Assembly: GCA_950097015.1 (NCBI GenBank)
Contig: CATNEN010000009.1
Span: 992,001 to 1,056,000, forward strand
Length of the DNA stretch: 64,000 nt
DNA from: Macrostomum hystrix
Lineage: Eukaryota > Animalia > Platyhelminthes
Reading direction: 5' to 3'
Shown piece after piece: positions 48,227 to 59,438 of this stretch (its first letter is position 1; each line of letters opens with the position of its first letter). The translations under genes were made by a program, and so were the position numbers. A model generated the notes under the pieces. The model saw only the letters and a list, made by a program, of their open reading frames with translations, had not been told where the DNA came from and did no database searches.

Positions 48227-49640
48227 GTCATTCGGCTAATAATCCCATAGCTCTGTGCTGCATTGAGTGACGATTTGATAATCGATTATCGATTCAATTA
48301 TCGAGAGATTCGTTTCCTAAATTTTATCGTTTCGGACTAATGGCATTAGAGACGGAGAGAGCGAAACCTATGGCATGAGTGAAATGAAAGAGAAATGAAA
48401 AAGAACAATGTTATGCAATCCAACATCTTGAGTATGCTGAGCGGTTGTGTGTGGTTTGCATGAATTTTATTCAGATTTAGTCAGCTGAAATCAAGTCGTA
48501 TTAACCAGCAACCTGCTACTTTACACAAGTCACGTCATTGTCATGCTTAAGTGTGCAGTGTTTGGGTGTGGTCGAATGAAGTAATTTATCCTTGGGTAAC
48601 TACCCGACAGGACTACCAACCGTAACACCTCTTAGACTTTAACATTTAGCCTTCACCTTTAATCTTTAAACTTTACGAGTAGTTCTGAAATTATATCCAA
48701 GAAACTCATAAAACACTGTCACACTATCCTAGCCTCGAATGCCAGACACCATGATATTATTTTGTTATTGTTGACAGCGCTCAGCTGATTTTCGACTACT
48801 GCTCGATCTGTCCTGTGGTTCATTACAATGCAAGGCCTTCAATGCGAATTGAGATGTACTTTTAATCTGTGAAAACTAATCAGTGCTTACTCAGAATGCT
48901 TTGTTACTCAGTTCAGCCACAGCCACAGCCACAGCCACAGTAGATTTGGCACTCCAGCATGTGTTTCTGACCTTTCGAAGTTATTGTTTCTAAACGCTTC
49001 TTAGTGTATCCCAGGTGATCAATTTGATGCTTCTAAATGTTATTTTCATGAATCCTAGCTTTCGGTTTGAAGTGTTTGGGATCGCACATTTAAAATTAAC
49101 GACTAGAAGGTCGTGTCTGTCGGTGTGTCGACGCGTGCTTGCTTAATAAACGAGTGGCGTTTTTGTCAGCTTCGCTGGCGTCTATAATGGAAGGCCGAGA
49201 AATCGCTATCAACCGCAGGTGTTGCCTAAATTGCTGAGTCATGCTAGTCTTAAACTAGAATACTGATCTTTAGATCTCCTTGATACACTAGGATATAAAA
49301 AAGTGAAAACCTCGTGGGCGGACGCAGTGAATCGTTAGTATCCTTAGCCAATGATTGTGTTTATCTTATTCAGCATCCGGTGTTTCACCAAAATATGCAA
49401 TGCGCCCGCCAGTATGGACACAAGTCGATTCAATAAACACTATGGCTCGAGCTGTCAGGTATGGGCTATTTGTGAATAATTGGCACGAATAAATCTCAGT
49501 TGTGGCAGAGCGAAAAAAGCTACAGAGAGAACAGACTATTTTCTATTACTTTTTCTAATGCGGAGCTCGTGATGTTTCGTTCTCTGAGCCCGCCGTTTTC
49601 GCAGTTTGGCTGAAAGTTTGTTGAGTGCGTATGCGACAGA

Positions 49641-49780
49641 CGGAAATGGCAGAGGAAGCCAGCGTGTCCAAGCTTGTTGGATAAACATCGATTAATTAAA
49701 AATAGCATTTTAGCGGCCTGCACGTCAAATGCAGCGGGATTTGAGAATTCGAATGCGTCTTCTACAAGCCCAGTCCTGCA
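49641..49780 (-). repeat. Diverged ~135-bp duplication with 52741-52868
   Basis: Shared blocks GGAAGCCAGCG, TGTCCAAGCTTGTT, TAGCATTTTAGCGGC, GATTTGAGAATTCG and CTACAAGC occur in the same order in both copies. Confidence 0.7.
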
Positions 49781-51370
49781 GCCCATGTTTGTAGCTTAGA
49801 CCTGTGGCTAAAAACTGAGTACGAGTGTAAACAATAGCTGGGCTTTTGTTGACATTGCCGCCACCGTGCAAACGGAAACATAGCCTATTATTAGCCTGGC
49901 AGTTTTAGTGTTTATGTAAATAATTTCGATAAAAATAGAATATTTGACTTGACCGCCAGATCGCCAACCACTGAAACAGTTGCAACAATAGTCATTGTTC
50001 ATTATCTGCCTATTAAACTAGACATTTGCATTTTTGTTGTCTTACTAATGGTTGGTTGTGAGGCCATCTCGGGATATTCAAGAGAATTGCGCAGCATGCC
50101 GCAGGTCGCGAGCCACTCGATCCCTGTCTCGCCAGTAAGGTGCACTAGCTCACGATTGTTCACATTGAGGTCACATAGCTTGATGGCAGGTCTCAAAAGA
50201 TTCGGCACAACAATGAAACGGGCTGCTTGAGGTCGGCGGCAATTGTAAGCTGAAAAAAGACGGAAACATATTAAACGCGGCAAATTAAAATATTGCCCCA
50301 TTAGATTACTTAGGCCAGGTTCTCCAAACCCAGGGTCAGGCTACCTTATTAAGACTAAGAATCCTCAGGTGCATCATGGCTCTTTCCGCCCTGGTTGAGT
50401 GGAACAGACCTGCAGTAGTACTGTACTTGCTGGTCACGGGTCCAACGGCTCCAAAACCCGAGCTAAAAGTCCGTGGCCTTGTCGTATGTTGCGCGTTGGG
50501 CGGTCACCGTTCCATCAAACCTCTAGTCACACCTGATGGTGAGCATGATGCTGTGGACTGGCCGCAGAGTTTCACAATGCGCAGAGACAATTAAAGTTAC
50601 CTGAGCCTCAGTTCATCCACTTCATCATGTCGCCCTGGGAATCCATTCGTCAGCGATGAGGGATGCTGCACTGGGCAGCTCCTGCCGTGACCTACTTCAG
50701 AGAGCAAAGTTGAAGCATCGCAAACCGAATCTGTTTCTATTCACAGGTCCCGCGAGTGCTGTAAAGATCCTCGATCACTTTGAACACTGATTTACTATTC
50801 TGTTGTTGACTTTCATCTCGATGTCGTGGCAGCGAGCAGCAGCAAAATTAGCTTTGTAGGCAATTCATGGGAAACAATAAGCAATAATTGGTACTAAATT
50901 ATTGCTTATTATTGCTTCAAAATCTTCATATATTCATATCTTCATATTTCTTAAAGCCAGATGTAGCCATCCTACTTGCAACATCATTGACATATAACCA
51001 AGTGTGCGTAAACGTCTCAAGCTCGTGTATAGTTTATGGCCCAAAGGCCATCAAAGAAATAGATTGAAGTGTGCAGTAAATTCCGCAACTGTGCGGTAAA
51101 TGATACTCCACTTGATCTCCGTGCCATCCCTCTTCTGAGCTACTATGCAGTAAATCCCAGACGGGTATTGTCTATGGGCCGAAGGAGCTGGTCTTGCGCA
51201 CACACACTTGGTCATAAATCAATGCACTTATGCTAGGCTTCCTAGTGCGTAAATCTACCATTGAAAACACAACAAGACATTGTTTACGGTAGGCCTTTTG
51301 GGATGGCATAGAAAAACGAAGTCAAAATAATATAATTGCGCTTTTCGCGTTTCTTGCACTACTAAGCAAA

Positions 51371-51728
51371 GGTGGCAGAGTGGTAAACGCGTTTGCCTCT
51401 CGCACCACGGTCCCTAAGTTCGATTCCACGGCGAGGCCGCATTCATTTGGGGCGCAGCCGCGGAGAGAAGGCTTGGGGCTTGTCGTGCGATAACGCCCTT
51501 GAGGGCCAATCTCCAAGGCACAGTGAAATGTGCACTGCCTGACGATGAGAAAGTCAGGGCAGATGTACTCACCTGTGTGAGCACATGCTGGCGTACAGTA
51601 TCTGTGTGCGTGTGTGCTCAGGAGTCAGCGAAATGGGTAGAATTGCCTCCTCGCTGGCAGCGGGTCTAGTGTCACTAAATGATGTGCCATTACCTGCAGC
51701 CCTCCTGCAATTATTATTATTATTATTT
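51371..51728 (+). mobile_element. Full-length tRNA-derived SINE (~360 bp)
   Basis: Head GGTGGCAGAGTGGTAAACGCG (A box) ... AGTTCGATTCC (B box), a unique body and an (ATT)n tail. Four further partial copies occur in the window. Confidence 0.85.
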
Positions 51729-54562
51729 AAGCAAAGATACATAGAGAAAAAACATTTATTACACGAAATTTTACGGAATTTCGCGGCAACTCATGTTCAA
51801 AGAAAGGACGAGCAAATAGCGTAAGCGGCCATGGTCTTCCTGCTTTTTCTGTCTGCCCGGCAAAAAAAGTCCGAGAATGGGCTTCCTAGGTCGATGTGGA
51901 TCGCGCACTGTAAGGGCTTTGTACCATAGACACCAATGAACAGACCCATCACAGTTATTCAACAGATTTTACAAGGCAAAGGAGAGGCAGCGAGCCGTTT
52001 CTGTTCAGCGGCACAGTATTGGAACAAGGCACTGGCAACGACAAGCTAGCGGTTTCGAAGCCTGTGACTTGGGGCCACACAGCGGAGCAGCAGCACCTTG
52101 ACAAGAATCTCGACTTGTGCTACCGCTCATTTACGATGCCATTATCCAACAAGGCCAAAACACACAATTTTACATTCTTTATTATCATTCGCTTTAACAT
52201 CGCACAAAAGCACAAAAATTCATTTGATGGGATTGTGAACTAGCATTTCGAGTTCGGAATGCGTTAACAACAGTCGTTACGTAATATTTGAGGGCTAAAA
52301 TGTACATCAGTAAGGCGGTATGGTCTCCAGTGCACATTCAAGAGAGCGAAAGAGAGAGTGCATCAGGAGTGTGATATTCATACTGTCCTACGCTCTGATG
52401 TCTTCTAGCGACCCGCAAAACGTCCTCCGTTGTCATCTGGACTAGTGCGAAAGTCCTCTTCGGCTAGCAGCAGGGTCTCAGTAGGCAGTGCGAAGTTTGC
52501 GCTCCTCCGGGGTAACGCCGTCCAGATTCAGCGCGAGTCGCGTCCCATCAGAGTCCGGACGGCTATCCGCACTTTGCAGCTCCTCACGTCGGGGCCGACT
52601 GCTGATATGGACCGGATGGCGTCATCAACTGCAACCTGTTACAGTTTGACCAAAAGTCGCGAAAATGATTCCTCCGCTTTGCGTGTGGGCCTTCGGCTTC
52701 TCTGTAGGCGCTCGATTTTCACGCGAGGGTCCAGCAGTGAACGGAAGCCAGCGGTCCTTCTTGTCCAAGCTTGTTAAATAAGCATCATATAAATAAAACT
52801 AGCATTTTAGCGGCGTGCAGGTGAAATTCAGCGTGATTTGAGAATTCGGATGCTGTTGCTACAAGCGCTTCAGGTACTGATAGCTCATATGCAGATGTCC
52901 CGTTCAGTCCACAAGTTCACGACCTTGTAAAGGTTTGTGCACCCGTTTAAGTTATTAATGGCAACATTTTTTTCTTCTTATAGGGGGATATTCGTTCTCT
53001 ATTGAAGGGGGGCAATGCTTGCTTTCTGGGGGACATTGTTTCTTTGCTGCTGTGGATGTAACATTGGATCTGCTTCTGGGGGCGTCAGTGGTTGCCTTCT
53101 CTCGGAGAGAAATTGGTTGTCTGCTGCTGGGGAGAGAGTTTTTCGTCTGCTAAGGGTGTTTGCCTGCCTGTTACCCCTAGAGGGGATGTTACTCTCTGAG
53201 GTATTTGTGTTTCAGCCATTTGTAGGATGTCCAAGGGCTAGCAACTTCAGTATGTTCGTTCATCTGCGCTTGTGTCTGACTCTGCTCTCCTCTGACTAGT
53301 GTCATGAATGTACGCTAGGTGTTTAAGTCCTGGGTGGGAGTTCAGTTCAATTTAATGTTTATCCTGATCATCGGATTTCAATGAAAATACGAGACCCGCT
53401 GCGGCTGAATCGAAATTGGCTGCGGGCATGGGTCGAAGCCTTTGACGCTCAAGCGCTGTCAAAGTGAGTGTAGGACACCAATGAAAAGCTGTCGCTGACT
53501 CGGTGTCTGGGCAGTCTTGGTGTGGCCCGATTCATCTATGTCAAGCCGCTAGTCGCACCTAAAAAATGAAAGACGTGAGAATTATCAACGATGGGCTTAA
53601 GGCCTAGACAAGAAAAGAAGCTACTGCTGACGATCAGGACGAGCAGGCCAACCGGGAATCGTGCGGCCGGCCGGATGCATCCAACTCGGCGGACGGCTCA
53701 GCTGCTTCAAGACAAGCCAGCCTCGGTGCTCATGACCACTGAAACTGTGGAGCTGCCCCGGCCAGAGCTCGGAGAACAGGCAGCCGTGTGGACTGCGTTC
53801 TCGTCGACCATTCAGCTACAAAGACTAGTGATGTGGTTTTGCGTTATGGAGTGTCGGAATTTTTTGGTGATGTGAAGCTGCTATAACCCTGTCTCTTTGT
53901 TTTCTTCTTCGGTGGTTTGTGAGACAATTGTGGGGAGCAATGTTACGAGCGTAGTTTGTGCTCTGACGTACAAGTTGTGCTTTTTTCACTTAGTCCAAGC
54001 TGCGCCAGCTCTCCTGTTATTTGTATCGTGCATGTAAGCTTGGTGGTTTAGTCCTGGGTTACTGTTACTCAAATTCAGTGTTCATCCTGTCGCGTGTTAT
54101 ATTGACAGACCTTCGTGTGATTGCGTCTCTTAAGTGTGGGTTTTTTCTTGTCATCGCAAGCTCTAGCCTTGGCTTGTTATTCATAAAAGACCATCAATGA
54201 TTGTCGGGATGGATTGAGCTGGTGTGTTTAAATAGCCCAACTGGGCTTGGTGTCATTTTTGGTTATTCCTCAATAAATCAAAAGCAAGAGTTGCGTGAAT
54301 GTCGACCTGAACCGATTAAACCAAGAAGCATTGGTAAGCTTCTGCTAACTACGCTTGTTACGATTTGCTCAATAGTAATAAGACACCTAAAATAGTAGCT
54401 TTAGGGTGACGCATGTGAAGCTCAGAAGTTTATATAGACTTCAGTCACGGCAAACCATTATTGCATTGCTAAGAACATCAGAAGATTCCGAATCAACCAC
54501 CACCAGCGCCATCAGCGCGGAGTCAACACCCATTAATTACGAGCTAGATTGTTACGGCAACT

Positions 54563-56823
54563 TCACTTCAGGTAGATGAGGAAGCGGTCAGCGAACTTGG
54601 CGCCGCCAGATTGCAGCGCGCTGGCCTGACTCTCCGTGTACACCAGCGCTGGCGCCTTTCCGCGCCAGCCGTTGTAGCCCCAGGCGCAGGGGTCGCGCGC
54701 GTCTGACACGGTCCAGAAGGCCCTGTCGCCTCCACAGCCGGCGTATGAGAACAGGATGAAGAAGCCGCGCTTCCAGTGCGTGTCGCCAGCGATTGAGAAT
54801 TTCTGGAACCTTGGATCGGCCACGCTTGGGTTGTGGTAGAACCCGTCAGAGTGCTTCAGTTCGCGGACTGCACGGTAGGGAAAGCTGGACACCACGCGGC
54901 TCTGGTGGAACCAGTTCTGCTTGTCCAGTCCCTGCCTTCTGATGGAGACGTCGAACACGACCTGGGCGACTTTGCGGTTGGCGACTCGCATCTCCGCCAC
55001 CAGGTACTGCCGGCCACTGGCGATCACAGCCTGGCTGAGGTTGTCGATCAAGTCCGATCGGTAGACTTCAGGTAGAGATCCTGTGCTTGCCTTGGAGAAT
55101 GCGGGCTGCCTGTTCAGGAAGGTGGCCACGGCTTGATGACCGGAGCCCGCCTTCACAGTGAACAGAATAATCTTGTCGTTCTCTGCGGGCGGGTACATGT
55201 ATTTGACGCTTTTGCACTTATAAAATATATTCGAGTCGATTAAGTAAGTACAGCACTAGCAGAGTTTTGCATGGATCTGCATGTGAAGTTGCATTCGTTG
55301 AATCCACAAAACATGATTCGATTGAAAGGCCAAAAAAATCATCGAAAAGTTCGTCCTAAAAAGCAACATTTGCTGAATCGAGAATTGAGAATACTCCCAA
55401 AAGCATGATGATCTTGGCAGAATAGATTTCGAAATGAGTAGAGTTTTTGAACCCTCACACCGGCCATCTCACCGAACGTGAAGGCTCCAGGTAAGGCCTT
55501 TCTGGACACAGCAAACGGCGGGAGCACAGGCGTCTCAAGGCGCAGGTAGACGAGGAAGCGATCAGCAAAGGCTGTGTTGCCCTCGTGGTAGGGCTTGCTG
55601 TCCACTTTGCTGTATACCAGAAGAGGTGACTTTCCCTTCCAGCCGCGGTTGCTGTAGGTGCAGGGGTCCCTCACATCGGAGACGTAGAACAGCCCAGTGT
55701 CCTTCTCGCAGCCTCCGTAGTGACGGTTGATTTGAAATCGGCGCAAAAGGCTCGCACCACGGTTATCTCCGTCGATGCCAAAGATGTTGTAGTTGCTGCG
55801 GCCGAACCAGAAAGGCTTTGTGGACAGCAGCCTCTTGGGGCTGAACCAGCTGTTCTTGTCCAAGCCCTCCGGCTCGGCGCTGAACACCGCCTGCGAAACT
55901 GTGCGACCAGCTTCGTCGCGCATCTCAGCAACGATCTGCCATCGGCCGCCTTTGGCCACCCGTGCGAGCTGGTCGAGGAGGCCTGACCGGTAGAGGGTGG
56001 GCAGGGAGCCATCCATCGGCACTGCGTAGGTTTGCTCGCTCTGAAAAGTTGGGTAGACCTGGTGACCGCTGTTGGCCTTCACAGTGTAGAGCAGCAGCTT
56101 GTCGGACTCTGCAGAGGCGTGATTTCGAGTTCTTAGGAAACAATGCGGTATCTGAGAACACAGTAAAATGGTGATGAACTTCATGTGAAAGCCGAACTTA
56201 CCGAACCAGAAGGCGTTCCTGAAGGGTCGCTTGACAGCATTGGCCACCGGAAGGCCGACGCGGCTCAGTTCAAAGCTCTGGCCGTTAGCCTTGCCGTGGA
56301 AGGTGAATCTCAGAGAGCCTAGCAGCTCAGCATGGTCCGGACCGGTGAAGCGCAAGGCGCGCTTGAGTCGGAGACAGGCGGCGCGGCTCCGGCAGCGGAA
56401 GGTGACTACGGGATGGCGACCTCGGTTCCAGCGTCCTGAAACCGTCACCGAGGGGCAGCTGCTGGCACAAGCACCTGTAATGGACTTGCGAATAGTCACC
56501 TTGAAGCTTTGCACCTGCAACAGCTCCCACTTGCGGGTGCCGTCGGCTGGCAGCTTCACTCCGGACTCAACGACAAGGGGCACCGTCATGAAGAACCCCT
56601 GGCCCAGCGGGTCCGGCCGGATGTCCACGCCCCTGCGCGGCAACCGCATGGCGATGTAGGGCTCCACGACGCGAACTTCGTTGTTAGCGAAGCAGCGCAG
56701 CCGAGCGCCACGGAACATCAGCGCGGGAGCCTCCTCCCAACTGCCAGGCTGCTGCTCCGACAGGCCACCCAGAGCGGACGGTGTCGTCAGCAGCAGAATG
56801 CTCAGGCTGAAGAAATAGAACAT
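54563..56823 (-). CDS. Secreted protein (~625 aa) with an unknown N-terminal domain and two tandem copies of an uncharacterised ~200-aa domain (3 exons)
   Basis: Exons 56823-56202, 56108-55473 and 55182-54563, with donors TTCG|GTAAGT and TTCG|GTGAGA and acceptors CAG|AG (both introns phase 1). The product starts with a signal peptide. Exons 2 and 3 are paralogous: DKxxLxTVKAxSGHQ, YRSxLxD, GLDKxxWF, xxIxGD, YxGCxxD, VSDxRDPC, GWxGKxP, FADRFLxYL. The two ORF-track entries are parts of one gene. Confidence 0.8.
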
Positions 56824-57438
56824 TGCGGCACTCTTGTTTGAATAATATTTTAGACCGAATCAGAAAAGATAGTTGAACGCAAAAATGGCAATGGCTCTCG
56901 CATTCTTATACACAATTCTTATGCACCTAGGCAGCTGCTAGGAGGAGAGCTGAGAGCTCTGAAATGGCTGCGTTTGCAGCATATGGTGAGCGAAGCCACC
57001 GCGGAGGCGAGACCGGAGGTATGAGGGCCTGGATCAACAGCTGCAATTCGAGTCAGGGGACCACCACCTCGCGCCGCCCTCACCTGACAAACTCTTCAGC
57101 CACGAAGCTGCCTGCCAGGGTCATCTCTGTCTTCAACTTTCAAACCGCTCTGCGCCTCGAGTTCGACCTGCGTGAGCAAGTGCCAGGCTGAGTTGCTGCT
57201 CCTGAGACTTGAGCAGCCTAATCCAAGAGAATGCTCAGTGGCTGCAGTTTGCCAACAACTTGACGGACAGAAGGGAATCTTTACTGAGAAGCTATTCTGT
57301 TCGCTATTGACTCTTTGCGATTAAACTTCTGGGACTTGAGTCGACAGCTTTTTTCTTTATTTTCCAGGCTGAAATTGTTTCGCGTGTCAAGTGCTTGACT
57401 CTGTCATTTAGTAGCCATTCGGTGCCTTGCGCCATTAC

Positions 57439-57814
57439 TGATTGTGCATTCTACTGACATGTAAGAAGTAGGGTGTCACAAACATTGATTGTGCATTCCA
57501 CTGACATGTAAGAAGTAGGGTGTCACAAACATTGATTGTGCATTCTACTGACATGTAAGAAGTAGGGTGTCACAAACATTGATTGTGCATTCCACTGACA
57601 TGTAAGAAGTAGGGTGTCACAAACATTGATTGTGCATTCTACTGACATGTAAGAAGTAGGGTGTCACAAACATTGATTGTGCATTCTACTGACATGTAAG
57701 AAGTAGGGTGTCACAAACATTGATTGTGCATTCTACTGACATGTAAGAAGTAGGGTGTCACAAACATTGATTGTGCATTCTACTGACATGTAAGAAGTAG
57801 GGTGTCACAAACAT
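57439..57814. repeat. 47-bp minisatellite, 8 copies
   Basis: Unit TGATTGTGCATTCTACTGACATGTAAGAAGTAGGGTGTCACAAACAT. Confidence 0.97.
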
Positions 57815-58400
57815 TTTTGGTATTTGTGAATCCACCAAAAAATGTAAAAAAGTAAGAAGCAGCCAGGGTGGCCGGAAGTAGAGTTAGAGAGGCCAGATGC
57901 TGTGAAGACTGCCATGCGCAGGCTCAGTAGATGGCGAGTGAAAAAAGGCCATCGAAAGACTTCCTGTCACGCCAGCAGTTGTTCTTGTTATTAGCATTAC
58001 GTGGGGTGCAAAAATAAAAGCATTTGAGGCTCAGATCTGAACAGCTGACCCGGCAGAGTCCAAAGGGTGATGGCCTGCGGCGTCTGTGCTGAACTGCCTG
58101 ACATCAGCAGGCCTGATGTGCATCTGAAACATTTTTGGCGCTTGCCTCACGGCCTGCGGTTCTGTCTTGCGTCATCATCCGCTGATCTGCTGCTTTCGAC
58201 TTCTAGACAGTCGGATAAATAATTCCACTTTGGCTTCCAACAGGCCACTTACTGTATATTTTTATACTTTATCCATGGACTGGGTGGGACGCCACACCCG
58301 CCCTCCAATACCCTGAAGTTACTGGTCCTACCCATTTAATAGCTGCGTGAACTGAACCAACAAAGAGCTAATTGTCTTGCTAAAGAACAAAAATGATTTT

Positions 58401-58471
58401 GCGCATTCGGGAATCGAACCTTCGATCTTCAAGTGGTGATGGCAACGCTCTAACCACTAGGCTACAATCGC
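58401..58471 (-). pseudogene. tRNA-like sequence (pseudo-tRNA or solo SINE head)
   Basis: GCGATTGTAGCCTAGTGGTTAGAGCG...GAAGGTTCGATTCCCGAATGCGC has A and B boxes and a TTTTT a few bases downstream. The anticodon and T stems do not pair, so no amino acid is assigned. Confidence 0.55.
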
Positions 58472-59192
58472 TACCTTTTTGATACAAAAATGATTAAATT
58501 TCCAGATGTGTAAATATCATGCTTCCATTCCAACTGATGTTTACATGGAACAAGCTTAGGTGTGAAATAACTTCGGGAATAATATCTACGCAGTGCAAGG
58601 TAACTAGTCTCCACTGGCAAAGTTTTCGAATGCGAGGCAAAATTCTAGGTCCAGATAAATGCAACGAATACGATATGCGCGGTTATTTTCGAATAGCAAA
58701 AACTCGATGACACAACGCATGCAAATAGCTGTAATTTCACACAGCTGAAATTTATAACTTATGGGCATGGCCATCCACTTGTGAAAAATAAGCTGTGCAA
58801 CAATGAGGCCATTCGGCCGCCTAATTTGGCCAAATGGCGGGCGCTCTCATTGAATGTGCGCACACAAATGAGGCGGCACACAGTGGCCCGCCGCCCAGCA
58901 CGCACACAAGTTATCTGGGGGCGCGCTCTGCCGTGAGTACGCTAGTGGCGGTGAGCCATTAAGTCAGCCCGCCCAGCCAATTGGGTACGGGCAAACCCTG
59001 CCCCCTACTGGCTCATTGTGCGTAATAGCTGATAAGCCCGCAGCGGAGGTGAAGACTGGGAGGCCTCTTATTTCCTGTAGCAAAATCCAACCTGGTGTTG
59101 TCAAAACTTGCACACAGTGCAACAGCCGCTCCACACAGCCAAGATCTGAATCTCCTATTGGCGCAAACTCACAAAGCACCTAATCGAAAGGC

Positions 59193-59407
59193 TATATTTA
59201 AGATCGCCCTCGGACTAGAAGAGCTTGGCGGAAAACGCTCTGGCCTTTCAAACTGTCACAGAGCCGTTGCCCAACTTCACTTCCAAATTCGGGCCTCGCC
59301 GTGAGTGCGCAACTGTGGGCTGATTAGATAAAGCCGTGAATTCACTTTCAAAAGTCTGCGGAAAATCGCAGAGCAGAAACTGCTATCTCCACAATTCTCG
59401 CTGACAG
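59193..59407 (+). promoter_or_regulatory. TATA-like box, non-coding exon and 5'UTR intron of EGFR-C
   Basis: TATATTTAA at 59193, donor GCC|GTGAGT at 59301 and acceptor CTGACAG at 59407, 31 nt before the ATG. CCAAT and GC-box-like motifs at ~58965-58985. Confidence 0.55.
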
Positions 59408-59438
59408 GTGCAGGAAAGAGGAAAACTGCGCAATTTCA

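Noticed and set aside
54563-56823. An EGF-like ligand encoded next to the receptors
   Set aside because: No six-Cys EGF spacing in this or the PAN-LamG proteins.
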